A DNA stretch of 64,000 bases, taken from positions 898,062 to 962,061 of the forward strand of contig CM074805.1 in the NCBI GenBank assembly GCA_037447605.1, given 5' to 3'. Below are positions 23,928-36,558 of this stretch, in pieces (positions within the stretch are counted from its first letter, which is position 1; each line of letters starts with the position of its first letter). The translations under genes and the position numbers were made by a program. The notes beneath the pieces are model-generated. The model was given only the letters and a program-made list of their open reading frames with translations, was not told the origin of the DNA and did no database searches. The stretch is from Zygnema circumcarinatum SAG 698-1b. Its lineage: Eukaryota; Plantae; Zygnematophyceae.

Positions 23928-25874
23928 ATGGCGGAAAGGGGCGTCTGGAGAATGCGGTGCTGCGATCCCTGTAGTTATGGCCGCAGCAAGGTTACTTCCA
24001 GCGGCAGCTTCAAAATCTTAAGTCACCCGGGTCGTCGTAAGCCTGAACTGTCGTCTGCAAATGTGAACGGTGTTAGCAACATCCATGGCGGTTACAGGTA
24101 CAAAATGAGGTTGGATTCTTCTCTATTTTACAGAAGTATGGCTATATTTAGGGGTTTTCATGCTGCTTACAAGGAAGACTGTTGCATTTCAGGAGGAAGG
24201 TTTGACAATGTTGCTTCAGGCTTGAGGTCAACTTCAAGGTTAAGGTTAGGGTTAAGTTTAGAGTTAGCTTTAGGGTTAGAGACCGGGTTAAGGAGCGGGC
24301 TTATTCACAATACTCGAGTTGTGAAGGCAAGGGCGTCTGGGTCATTTTTTGAGTTCAACAAAACACCGGCTCGCGATCGAAAATTAGATTTTGGCGCTCA
24401 TAAGGGTAAGTGGTTAGGGACTGTACCTCCTAAGTATCTCAAATGGATAGTGAAGGAGGGTTTCAAGCCTGAGTCTGATAAAGTTGAAGTATATAACGAG
24501 GATGGTGAACCAGTAGACAACCCTCTTGATTATTGGGCAGCAGCTGCAAAGGAAGTGCTGTCAGATTCCGTGTATAGGGACCGTATAGAATGGGAAGAAA
24601 TTTGGGGAGATAGTAAGATAGAGGAAGCTCATTTATGGAGGACAAAGGAAAAGTCATTCGGTTGGATACCAAGGGAAAATACAGAGGCCTGGAGGGGAGT
24701 TGATTATCGCTTGCTTGGAACATCCTTCACAAAACCCATTCCCAGGTTAGGAAGTGGTCGCGATAGGAAAGTCATTCTTGAAAAACGTAAGGCTTCAGTG
24801 AAACAGGTAGTCTTGCCGGGCGTTGAGAATGACTTGCAAAGAAGAAGGGCTATGAGACGGAGGCGGAGATTGATGGCGGAGCAAGAGGCCACTGAGGGGA
24901 CGGCAGTAGAGACCAAGGGATTCGGTATTGAAGGGAAACGGGAGGAGGAGGAGGAAGAGGAGGAGGTCGCAAGGGAAGTGGTTACGCCTGCAAGTCTGTT
25001 TCCAGGAAGACAGGGGATGCTCTCTCAGTTTAACGAACTGCGGACAAAGAGCAGGGATGCGACAAGCAGTGAAGAAAAGGAAAGGCAAGGTGAACTTGAG
25101 ACGGCCACTAGAGCGGAAGGACTGAGCTTCATTTCTAGACAGGAGCTGGCAGGGTTGGTCCGGATGGGAGCAGCTCCTCGAGGCAAGCCGACTCGCGGTG
25201 ACAAGGGAAAGGAGAGTGATGGGACACGCGCCAAGAGAAGGACAGTGACTAGATCGATGAATGAAGCGTTGAGCAATGAGCTCTTAAGGGTTTCAGAAGG
25301 GGATGGTAACGCAGCCAGAGATGACACACAAGCGAATGTTCAGACTGCTGATGGAGAGAGACAAGGACTATTGGCCAGGTATCTTAAACCAGTAAGGTCA
25401 AGGTCTACCATTCGAAGAGTTGAAGGAGATGAGAGTGAGGGAGTAGAACCGTCAGCTAGGTCTTCCAAGTCTCCCAGGTTGAGGAAGACCTCAAGGAGTC
25501 GACATGAAAGGGACGAAAGTGAGGGAGGGGAATCGCTGCTTGGTGAGGCACGTGAAGCGCGGGTCCCTTCTGCGAGCAGAAAGAGCGGAAATGCAGTTGG
25601 ATCTTTGTTGACCAAATATTCTAAAGCGGCAAAGTCACAGGAGCCTTTGGCTGATGCAGGGGTTAATGATGGGAAGGTACAAGAGTCTCCAGTTCACACG
25701 GGTGGAGATGGCAATAGTAATGTTGCAGGGAATGGGGAGAGAGCAACGAAGAAAACGTCTGATGAACGTGCGGAGCGGAAGAAGGGAAAGCAAGGAGTAG
25801 GCCTGAAGGGATTGGTGCATAGAGAGCTCGACATGGTCGAGAATCTTTGGAGTTCGCGAAGTTCTGAAGTTTGA
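23928..25874 (+). CDS. Plant-conserved unknown protein with a PARDRKLDFGAHKGKWLGTVPPKYLKW (DUF3820/ExoX-C-like FGxxKG) core and a low-complexity charged tail; start codon and 5' structure uncertain
   Basis: 648-aa open frame. The core and DSVYRDRIEWE resemble a land-plant family as I recall it (PARDRxIDFGKYKG...VYKDRxEWE). Confidence 0.7.
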   Translation: MAERGVWRMRCCDPCSYGRSKVTSSGSFKILSHPGRRKPELSSANVNGVSNIHGGYRYKMRLDSSLFYRSMAIFRGFHAAYKEDCCISGGRFDNVASGLRSTSRLRLGLSLELALGLETGLRSGLIHNTRVVKARASGSFFEFNKTPARDRKLDFGAHKGKWLGTVPPKYLKWIVKEGFKPESDKVEVYNEDGEPVDNPLDYWAAAAKEVLSDSVYRDRIEWEEIWGDSKIEEAHLWRTKEKSFGWIPRENTEAWRGVDYRLLGTSFTKPIPRLGSGRDRKVILEKRKASVKQVVLPGVENDLQRRRAMRRRRRLMAEQEATEGTAVETKGFGIEGKREEEEEEEEVAREVVTPASLFPGRQGMLSQFNELRTKSRDATSSEEKERQGELETATRAEGLSFISRQELAGLVRMGAAPRGKPTRGDKGKESDGTRAKRRTVTRSMNEALSNELLRVSEGDGNAARDDTQANVQTADGERQGLLARYLKPVRSRSTIRRVEGDESEGVEPSARSSKSPRLRKTSRSRHERDESEGGESLLGEAREARVPSASRKSGNAVGSLLTKYSKAAKSQEPLADAGVNDGKVQESPVHTGGDGNSNVAGNGERATKKTSDERAERKKGKQGVGLKGLVHRELDMVENLWSSRSSEV

Positions 25875-27288
25875 GGGCGCAATAGTTCTCTTTCTCTCCC
25901 TCTTCTCCTATCCTCCCCACCCCTCCCTCTCCCCCTCTCTCTCAATCCCTTTCTCTCTCCCTCTTTCACTTTCTCTCTCGCTCCCACACTCTCTCACCCT
26001 CTCACCCTCTCACTCTCTCCCTGTCATCTCTGCTTGTCTTTTACAAAAAATCTCGCGCAGCTATAATACATTTTTGAAAGAGGTAACTAACAGTTGAGTG
26101 GAAGACTTTTGGAGTGTCAAGAATTTTGGGTTTTTTAAAGTCTGAACTGCTTCCTGACAGCAACGGCGGGATAAAGCTTGTGAGCATTTGGAGACATCTA
26201 AGCATGAAAACAGTGCCAGCAAGAACTGAGGGACGAGCGATCGGGTTAATCCGGAATGCTATACTTGTGGAGGACGTAAGTGAGCCCAATGGAGTGTTTA
26301 ATTGAGCAATTTGATTTTACTTCCGGGGCAAGTTATCGAATGTAATTGTTTTCAACATTTCAAATGTCAGGAAGGTAAACTATCGAGGCAATGGTCATTT
26401 CCCCCTGCCATCTCTCGCAACACTGACAACCCTAAGGTCTGGGGAGGGGCCACAAGACGTTTCCCGGCTTCTTCCCACATTACAGTAAGGGAAATCGGCA
26501 ATTTTGCATTTCCAAAAAATGATTTGCTAGAGCACTTAGTAACTATCCGAAAAAGCTAATTTTTGTTCTCTCATGTTCTCTTTTCGAACAAAGTATACCA
26601 ATGTTTCATCATGATATGCCGTACTACTTTCCCGCGCAAATTGTAACTTTCATTTGATCAATAAAGTACTTCATAAATGGTTGTTCATACTAACGCAAGC
26701 AAAGGATTTGAGATTCCAATTGAGAGAATGAAAAGCTGACGTTGAAATGCCTTAGGCACTTCCTAGGAGAACATTACTTTGGTGGTGGTGTGATATTTCA
26801 CGGAGGTGGTGGCAGCTATGGTCTCAGCGAAAAATGGCAGGTCCATGACGCAGCGAAAGACCTGCCCACCGCAGGACGTGCCTTTCCTCGTCCCTTCCCT
26901 CCTTTTCTCATCCTTCTGACTTTGTCACTCAGAGAGACAAAGTTTAGTATCCTGTTGCTAGAGCCTTCCGAATGATTGCTACTCCTGGGCGGCAAGGCCG
27001 AGATGCCAACCCTCACCACCCCCACACCGGAATGGCCAGAATCCTCTCTGCCTGAGGCGCGTCTGTACCTTCGACCACCTGCGCTTATTGTCACACCTTC
27101 ACCAGCAACAGACCTCCACTACTGCTCGACACAAAGGTTTTCGGGGAGACAAGAAGCAAGAATTAAAGATCAAAATAGAATGCAGTAGCCCTCCAACTGA
27201 CAGGATTAGACGACGACTTGTATAAAGATTTAAAGCGGAAGTACATCATGGAAGGCCTTTTGATATACTCAGAGGACCCTTTCGGGTT

Positions 27289-30200
27289 TCAACCAAAGCC
27301 GCCAAAGCCTCCATGAAAGAACCCGTTGTCAAAGCCACCACCCTGCTGGAAGTGAAACTGCCCTCCACCAAAGGGGTTGAAACCACCCCCTTGATGACCC
27401 TCTGGAGGCTCATCCTCCCCACGGTCGAATCTTCCTCTCTTCTCCTCGTCTCCCAATATCTGCTCATAAAAGGCAACACGCACATACTACAATTAACACA
27501 AGGCTTGAAGGCTTTCGTTATAAGCAAAATAAGACATTCGAAAACTATTATTCTTCTGAAGTACATCAAGAGATATCAGTTAAACATGCTGGACTTCGCT
27601 ATCCTCCTAATCTAAGGATAGCACATTGGTGTTATCCCCTGGGTATACTATATACATGTTATCTCCTTCACAGCTTTGTCACAGCATCGTCACCCTCTCA
27701 TTGCAGTGCCCATCCAATTTCCATTCAGGAGGACCGACATTTCTAGAAAAAGGCGAAACCACGAAACAGACAGGATTCAGGTTTTCTTCGCTGCAGAGGA
27801 GCAGGGACCTACTCGATTAGCCCATCTCCAGGCAATAAAAAAATCATGTGTACAAAATTCCCATCCTTTCACTTTTTCTCTCCCACTCTTTCTCACCTCG
27901 TATGCCTCCGCGATCTCTCGAAAGTTCTTCTCAGCTTCCTCCTGATTCCCCACATTCTTGTCTGGATGCCACTGCAGTGCAAGTCTCTTGTATGCCTTCT
28001 TGATGGTCACTGAATCTGCATTCTTCTCCACTCCAAGAATCTTGTACCAGTCTTTGCGTTTGCTCATTTTCAACAGCTTCTCAGCCTTCATGAGTTTCTC
28101 CATTACTCCACGGTCCTGTACGGAAGCCAAGGACGTTCTGGACTGGTAAGCAGGTTCTGGGCTAACATACTCAGGGTTCCGAAAAGTCATGGAGTTTGTA
28201 AGAACACAGATAACTAAGGGAGGGGAAGCTCAAATGAAAGACACCATGTGCCTGAAACAAATGATTGAGTGGCCGAACATCGCGGATTTGGCCTCGAAAG
28301 CTGCTGGTGGTATCAACCTGATGCAGCTATGTACATACCTGTGGAGCCTTTTCCCGTGCCAGCTTAAAGTCACTGACAGCTGCATCCCACTCCTCCAAGA
28401 GAAGGTGTGCGTCTCCTCTCTGCAATTGCACACATATCCTTGCCGACTCAGTTGCTATACACTTGAAAGGTTGGAAAAATGCCCAGCTTGACACAGAGAC
28501 TCAGCTACACTGGGAAATCCAAATCGTAACAGACAAACTGAGAGAGGGGAATTCGGACCACATTTGCGTAAGCTTTTTGCATAGTCAGATGTTTCCAAGA
28601 GGCAGATAGCAATAGCAAGGCCTCACATTTGTCACAGCTTCCACGAGTTCTTCATCGATCTCTAAGGCTGATGAGCACGCTTTCAATGCGTCCTTTCCCC
28701 TCCCTAACTTTACCAACGTCTTGCAAAGCCCAAGGTACAACTTCACGTTGAAGGCTGAATGAGTAGGGTCCACCTGTTCCCGCTCATCCCTTGCGTTCTC
28801 ATGACTCTACTTCACAACCAGGAATTTCACTCGCCTCGCCTCGCTTACACAGAAAAGGGAATAAATAAAAAAATAAATAGGGCAGGAGAGGAGAGCTTTC
28901 CTGGTGCATTACGTCATCTTCAAGGGCCCTAGGCTATGCATTCACTCCCTCTCTAAGCTAACAAGCGTAGGCCCTTTTTACTTGAGCCCGAAGTAAAATC
29001 CCACCGATGTGCTTTGATCTTCCGTGGCAAGAATCAAACATGGTAGATAAACGAACAGTTATTTTCACCTCTAACGCTGCTTGAAACTCCTCTGCCGCAC
29101 TCCTCAGTTTACTCTTCGCCAACGACTCCTCAGCCTGCCAGTCATTCAGTCCTTAACTTTAGAAACCCGAGAGAGGCAAAGGCAATATTTTGCTTAGGCT
29201 ACAGTCACAATTTAGTCTGTGAGGTAGGTCAAGGAAAGCCGTGGACATCAGAAGATGGAATGGAAGAAGCATACAGAGGCGTGGTGAAGGATTCGGCACA
29301 GAATGGAATCTACTTACAGCTTTATATTTTTTCTCAAGGTTTTTCAGCTTGCGATACTCCTTTTTCAGTTCAGTGTGCTCAGGGTCTGAACGAAGTCCAG
29401 CTTGGAAGTGTCTGTCAGTGAAAAGCGATATCATCCCCCTTATAAGTACGATACCAACTCATATTGTTTACATTCACAGAACGTGTTGAACGAGAGTTCT
29501 CATATTAGAACCATCCTTTCTAGACTACTTTGGTATTGAGATCGAGTTCAGAAACGGGGACCAAAACCTCCCCCTCTCCCTCTCCCATCAAAAGTGTCCG
29601 TCTCCCTGACTCCGTTCTCAAATCTCCCTAATGAAAGTCAGGATCTGTCCACCTTTCATGACTTTTGATCACTTTGCCAGGGAAAGCAGACCTTACCTCA
29701 GGGCCAACTCATGATCGGCGATGTAATAGTAACCCTTGCCACGGAGCAAAAGCCCTCGCAGGTCATTCTCATCTGCTTTCAGCACCTTTCCTGCCTCTGC
29801 AACAGCTCCTGCATAATCCTTTTCACCGAGCAGGATTTCGGCCTTCAAGAGGTGTGCCTGGAAGATTATGAAGAAAAAGAATGTGAGGATATCAGCGACG
29901 CTTCAGAAGATTGTTACATGCCGCAAAATTTTGTGCAGTCCCTGTGTTGGGTTACATGTAGGTGTAGTCAGCATGTGAGGTTATGCGTGTATGTGAGAGC
30001 TTGTAGACCCAAACCTCTCGGCAATCAGGAGAGTGGAGCAGAACTATTTGATCTAAATGCCCTTTGGCATTTGCCATGTCGTTCCGGGATAGCCATTCCT
30101 TAGCAAACCCCAAGCTTTCTTCCGCTGCTTTCGCGTCTTTCAGCTCCTTCTCTGCTGCCGCATGGCCCGGCCTCATTTCCAATATCTTTTCGAAATCAGC

Positions 30201-31937
30201 CAGAGCGCCCACAAACCTGTTCTCTCAACATAAAAGTTGAACAATGTTATTGAAGACTTCGAGTGGCTGTGAAAATTCAGACCTTCAGGAACACAAATGC
30301 ATTAGGATACAATGGAAGTGTTTCCACTGAATAAGCAATGTAGCCTTGTTTGACAGCAATAGCTGGCCGAGGGCAGAGGGAGAGAAATAAAGAGTTGAGA
30401 GTGAAGCTGGGAAGGCTACTCACTGGCAGGTCTGCCTAAGAAGGCGACCTCGATGCAAGTAACCCTGGAGAAAGGAAGGGTCCACCTCCACTGCCATGTC
30501 CAAATCCTTCAACGCTTCACCATTCTTCCTTTGCTGCAGGTACGCCGCAGCACGCTTGGTATAACCAAGAGGTGCTTTAGGATCAGCTCCTGTCAGGTAT
30601 ACAAGTTGCGAAGGATAGAGGTTATTAGGAAGAATTGTGACGAGAGGGCTGTGATAATGGAAAAACTTTGTTATGGGTAATAGTCCATACAATCGCATCA
30701 CCTGATACTGATTGGCCTCGAATGCAATCATGCCTATGATGGAACATTCAGTAGTCGGATCAATTCTCAAAAACACTCTAGAATTGAATAAAGTAAGTGG
30801 TTTGCAACTTAACGGCATGAGTACACCAGTGTCCAATAAAACGAGAAGATGCACATTGGTAAAGAATTCATCTTGTCAATAATTTCAGTTGCCAAGAGCC
30901 CGTAGTCCCAAAATTATGACATGGAAAATGCTCATAACTTTGGAGCAAAGAGTTGACGAAAATTCATAGCTTATCATAGTTATGGTCAGTCTAGACAAAA
31001 GGAACACAAGCCTAAACAACAGAATTGAGGCCTCCAGATATTGACAAGCACATATCCTTTGATGCTCTATGGATGTTGACTGAGCACTCTGGTTGTTGTA
31101 AATAAATAGCTGTAGTTAAAGCAGTTTTACATTCTGCCAAAACCCAACATATGTAATGATAAAGTTCAACTTTATAGAAAATGCAAACGCATGTAAAAAG
31201 CAAAAAAGCGGGCGGAGCACAACTATGCCACACACTTGAAATGGCTGTAATCCCACCACTTCCATTACAATTGCATCCGCGTCCCACCGATAGGATGATT
31301 CCTTAATGCAAACCATCCAGCCACTTGTGGAAATGACAGTATTCATAATCTTTCTTATCCTATATTCCGCGGCCACCACCTAATCAGTAAACATAGGCAT
31401 TCTTGGTCGAATTGTCATTCGGCTGTCAAGCACTGTAAGTAGCTCAGGTTATGGTAGAAGGGTCTCACCAATAAAGTCACTGTAGTGTTTAATGGCCGCC
31501 GTGAACTCCCCTCTCGAGATAGCCTGGTCTCCTGCTTGCAAGAGAGAGCCTGCTCCCACAAGATCACAACATAGAGGAAGAGCATCAGCTCTATAACCTT
31601 CCCACTGAACCGCTGTTAAATAGGATCGTGAAGTAACAACTTTGTGTTCCTGACACGTGACATTACCACAGTACAAGACACATAGCAATTCCGGAAACGG
31701 AAATTTGTCGAGATCATTACTAGTCCTCAGAAGGTCAAGATTTGGGCATCTTCATATAAATGTGATTTGAAATAAAGACTTACCTGCGTCCGCTGAAACA
31801 CTCCTTATGAATGTAGCAGCAATAAGAGAAACAGCGATTTGAGCTGCTGAAGCTGATAAATGACGACTTCTTGAATTGCAAAGTGATCCCATCAGGAGAG
31901 GTGCACCCGAAAATCTGCAGATAGACAGTCCCGCCAT
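27289..31937 (-). CDS. P58IPK: P58IPK/DNAJC3 ER co-chaperone (TPR repeats plus J domain), 11 exons, ~513 aa
   Basis: Exons 31784-31937, 31469-31549, 30424-30589, 30015-30216, 29697-29857, 29318-29411, 29069-29134, 28627-28773, 28339-28419, 27897-28115, 27289-27459. Hydrophobic N-terminus, TPR helices, KDWYKILGV...[10 protein letters not shown] domain, G/F-rich tail. Confidence 0.95.
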
Positions 31938-32870
31938 TATGTAAAGGTGTCAGCAAACGGCTTCATCAGCCGTCTAGGTTTGTCGGCCGACAGCAGATCA
32001 AGCAAACAATCAAATCCGCAGAGTGGCGCCTTTTTTTTTATTTTTTCCTTGCAGAAACTTTTACTTTTCAACGACGAATTCTAAAGTTAAAAATGCGAAG
32101 GCTTGAACGTTCATGAGTCAGCTCGATTATATGCAGAAGATTCTGAGCAAACCTGGTGGGTTCTTGTTCCCGTCGGTGTTTGAATCTCCCCATCGAACGC
32201 GGATTAGTCAGAATTGCTCTAAAGGAAGAAACGGACGTTTCTGAGGGCAGCTAGTGATGTCAAACCAGCATTTTTGAAAAAGACGAACTCATCCCCTTCT
32301 GTACCCTAAAATCATTAAATCTTAAAAATAAAAGGCAAAATGAGTGGACACAGCACTGCAACTTCAATCAAACAAGCTATCTCCTAATTCCTCGCGACGT
32401 TCGACTTGCCAGACTCCAACGCAACCGCTTGCAATTGACGTCCTTCACCATGGATGCTGATCCTCCCTGCGATTCCTGTAGCATCTATTCACATCTGCAG
32501 CCGCATCCTGCACTCTGCATTCCTGCGTGCCCCAGGTCGACCTAATCCTGAACCTGCACCATTCCAAAGAGCAGCAATGGTGGCAGTACAAGGTACAAGG
32601 CACTAACCTACAAAGCGACCGAACCGGATTACGTCAAACCAATGTGAGCGCCACAACGACGTCCGCATGTGGCGAACGTGTGAGCGGACCGCTAGAAATT
32701 TTTCATTCCGAATTGGATGGTACCGATGAGCCCTGGCTCGGAGGGGGCTGTTTCTGACCGTCCGATATGACCGACAAAAGCAGCAAAACGATGCGCTGAC
32801 CGTGGAAGGATCTCGATTGTCGACGACTTTCCAACGATTTGCTCCATCTCTCATTGGGTGAAAAAAACAA

Positions 32871-32889
32871 CCAATGACCATATGCCACG
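32871..32889 (+). promoter_or_regulatory. ERSE-I (CCAAT-N9-CCACG) upstream of P58IPK
   Basis: CCAAT gaccatatg CCACG is an exact consensus match, ~940 bp upstream of the P58IPK ATG. Confidence 0.7.
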
Positions 32890-32911
32890 TAGGAGAGCTG
32901 CAATTTTTTTC

Positions 32912-32919
32912 TGACGTGG
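32912..32919 (+). promoter_or_regulatory. UPRE (TGACGTGG) upstream of P58IPK
   Basis: Exact consensus, 22 bp from the ERSE. Confidence 0.65.
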
Positions 32920-35180
32920 CGTTGCGCGATTGGGCGAAGTGAGTCGATGGGAGTGCACCCGTCCCAGAGTGCCCTCCCTCCCTCCCTCCCTCCCTGTCCC
33001 TGCGCCGTCCCTTGGTCCTTGGTGCCCTCTCCACTCCTCTCCTCTCCTCATGGCTTCCTCCTCTCCCGGCTCGTGCGCAAACCCAGCCCTACCTGCCCGA
33101 CGGGGAAAAATGGAAAGGGATGTTGCATTTATCTCACAGAAAAAGAGGCTCCACAGTCTGCACATGCGCATATGCGGTACATGACTGCAGTGGAGTTGGA
33201 GCAACCGGTCATGAGTCACACACCGGACGGTCCAATCCAGTCCAATGGCTTTGTAAAGTCCGTCCTCCCTGGTCTGTTCATGATGCGCACTGATGATTGA
33301 AGGTTTGCAATGTTACGGTGGAACAGCGGCCTCGTTACAAACACACGACAGCGCAGGAAGAAACTGGTCTGGCGAGACGGTAACCTCACTGTCGTTGACG
33401 GTAAAAGAGCGCTAAGAGCGTTCGCATCCTGCTCAGGGCCTCTAATTTGGCGGAGAGTGTGTGCTCGGCCTGCTTGCCTGCCTGCCTGCTTTTCATCATC
33501 ATAGGCACGCGGGATGAAACCTCCATACAAGTCCTGCCTACCGCAAGCTGACTACTGTGCATCCCTGGATTCAGCCCTCGCCAGATAGAGCAGCAACATG
33601 AATGAGGGAGGCCGAGCTGCAGGATAGAAAAAGGAGTTCTTGGTTCAGATGGAGCTGCAGAACTTGCAGAGGAGGAGCTAAGACGACGGAAGTGTCACAT
33701 GACAGTTACGGACAATTGACAATAATGTCAGCAGTGATATGGAGTTTCTGCTCTGACAGAATTGATGATTTTACTAACTACCTCTTCTATCTCAAGTCAC
33801 TTCCCGATTCTTGATTTTAATAGCATTGCTAGTTTACGAGACCATTGGCGGTTAGTTCATAGATATATTTGATAATTCTTTGCGAAGCTGCCTGACTGCT
33901 TAGGCATACAACTTTCTGCTTTAATGCTCAGTGTGTTTTGATGGCAAGATGGCTTGGTGCTTAAGTAGCACAACGATTCTAGGCAGCTTCTACATGTGGC
34001 TATTCCTAGGCATTTGCGTCGCCGGTTTAGACTCTTGTTAATGTTTAAGCAGTCCAAAGGAATTAACGTAGAGCTGCAAAGAACGTTACGTTAATGTCTC
34101 TGTTTTGAACAAATGCTTTACTTCTATTCTACCAGTCAACAAAGACAAAGGCTGCCACTTTTTGAGGCTGAATTCTTTTGGCATAAGGTGAGTTATGTAC
34201 GCTGTTATCTTCCAGGGAACATAGTAGGGCAACTGACATAGATGTATTCAGTGCTTCTAGACCTTTCCCAGGTCTTTTTCTTCTTGATAATGGCTTGGGA
34301 CAGCGACGGAATGTGTGAGAACATCAGCGGGGAGAGTGGCAACTCTGACCATCTCTTCTAAACAGTCTCATTCCTTCATTATTGCTTTCCTTACAGTTTA
34401 TTGAGGCTGAGATAATGGAGGAAAGGAAGAAAGGGCACATTTTCGAACAAGCATTCGTTGTTGACAGCAGGATGGCAGAGCATTGCTCTTTGCATTTAAG
34501 TGATTGCCTCGTAGTTTCTGGAGACTTCTATTCATGACTTTCTGTCTCTTGTTAACTTGAAGGTTCCCATATTGAGTATGCACTTGATTTTCGCCCGCAC
34601 TGGTTGCATATGCAGATCTCTTGTGCGGATGCAGGCAGTCAGCACGGCGGTGAGTGGGTTGAAGCAGTTGTCAATGTGTTGGAAGTCTGTAGTTCGTTTC
34701 AAAACGCTGTACAAAGTGTGCGACGGACATGAGGTGTACAACATGAGATCAACAACAGCTACGTTCCTAGGATCAGTTGGGATTAGCTTTGGTAAAACAT
34801 GGCTTGGTATTTATACACTCGGCTATCTTAATCGATTTAGCTAACTGCCCAAACTATCTTTGACTAGTGACGCCACAAACTTTTTGCTTTCCTATCGTCA
34901 ATTGAGCGCGTTTCGTTCTTGCAAGGAGATGGCACGGCACAAAACATTCAAATTAATTCATTAAAAGCAGGCAAGAGCAATTAATGTTATCGGCTTTATT
35001 CATTTATTCATACATCCTTCTTTCTCTGGAAACACATCAAACACGTTTCCTCGTCGCAACAACACCAAAGTTTGAAAGCTCCCCTGCCATGATTGTTCGC
35101 GAGAATAACGTAACGCATTATAAACGAGAAGTAATTATTGTTTTTAGGGTGGAAAAACGACGCGAAAAACTCACGACGCC

Positions 35181-35232
35181 GATGCCATCAAATGTACACG
35201 GACAAAAGCAGCATGGAGAACTACGAGGAACC
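35181..35232 (-). mobile_element. Third short relic of the same retroelement 3' segment
   Basis: GATGCCATCAAATGTACACGGACAAAAGCAGCATGGAGAACTACGAGGAACC aligns to 62377-62430 and 228-280. Confidence 0.5.
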
Positions 35233-35563
35233 AGCCAACCAACCGGTCACAAATGTCCAAGGACAAAAACGAACAACCCATTAACAGTACATATGACTGG
35301 TCCTGGCCCACTTGCGCCTCCGCGGCCCTCCCCCGCCCCGCCCCGCCCGGCGAGTCAAGCCGGGTCCCCCCAAGCCCCGCCCCGTCCCGTGCGCGCGCGC
35401 GTGCGGGCGCATAGCTGGCGCTGCCCGCATCCGCTGACTCGGACTTCTGCCGCGTGCCTCGTCCCGCCCGCCCGCCAGACAAATCTCCCGCCCTCCCTTG
35501 GCCCAGCCGCCCACGTGCCCCCCCCCAAGATCCGCCCGTCCGTCCATCCGCCCGTCCGTCCGC

Positions 35564-35666
35564 CCGTCCGTCCGTCCGTCCGTCCGTCCGTCCGTCCGTC
35601 CGTCCGTCCGTCCGTCCGTCCGTCCGTCCGTCCGTCCGTCCGTCCGTCCGTCCGTCCGTCCGTCCG
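35564..35666. repeat. (CCGT)~25 tetranucleotide microsatellite with degenerate extensions to about 35530 and 35820
   Basis: Directly visible. Confidence 0.97.
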
Positions 35667-36558
35667 CCGCCCGCCCGCCCGCGGCGCCTCCCGCGTCCGC
35701 CAAAGATCGCAATCCATCCATCCGTCCGTCCGTCCATTCCCGCGACTCCCGCGGACGGACGGACGGACGGAGTGGTGCGCGCACCCCCCAGGCCCAGCCG
35801 ACCCGCCGTCCGTCCGTCCATGCTGTCCTGCCGTGCCCGCACCACCGCCTTAGGCCGCCACCGCCCGTACGGAGCCTCGATTTCCGTTCGCTCCAGAGCC
35901 AGGGTCGCTACGCCCACGTGGCGCGCGGCCATTCGCACTACCGTACGCGACTCCGTACGTGTCGGTGGCGGATCGCACTCATGCTGCGCGAGTTCTGATT
36001 GGCTCCGCGCATTGCGGGCGTGAACCTTTGATTATCCGCCGGCGATCGGCGGCGCGCTTTACAGGCGAGAGCCCACTGTGGCCGTACGACCAATCCGTAC
36101 GATCGCTCCGCCTGCTGAAGCGCTTTCACGAGGCGGTCAAAAACCGACTGCCTGTCGTTTTGGGCGCATTCAATGCGCGAGGGCGGCGGAACGGACGACG
36201 CGAACCTGACCGCCGGCCTGCTGCCGGCCGGCAGCGGACGGCAACTGCCGGCCGGCCAGGCGCTGACGGGCCCGCCAATGAGAACGGGCAGACTGAGTGC
36301 CAGATGGCCGCCCGCTGCCGCGGGGCCCCCCTCCAACCGCACGGACGTCAACCGCAGGAACCGCGGAGAACGGATTCAGTTGCGGCCGCAGCAAGGTCTG
36401 CAGGATGCAGTGCAGGGGGAAGCGCGGTTGCTGGAGCTGCTGCTAGCAGGCAGGGCCATGGCGGCAAGGGGGGCGGGAACAAGAGAGAGAAGGGAGGAGA
36501 GAGGAAGGTGAGGTCTGTCGTAGAGTGATACAGCAAGAAATGCGCTGCGTCTTTCGTC

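Noticed and set aside
35171-36023. TDGR/RPSV repeat ORFs
   Set aside because: Translations of the (CCGT)n microsatellite in a GC-rich promoter.
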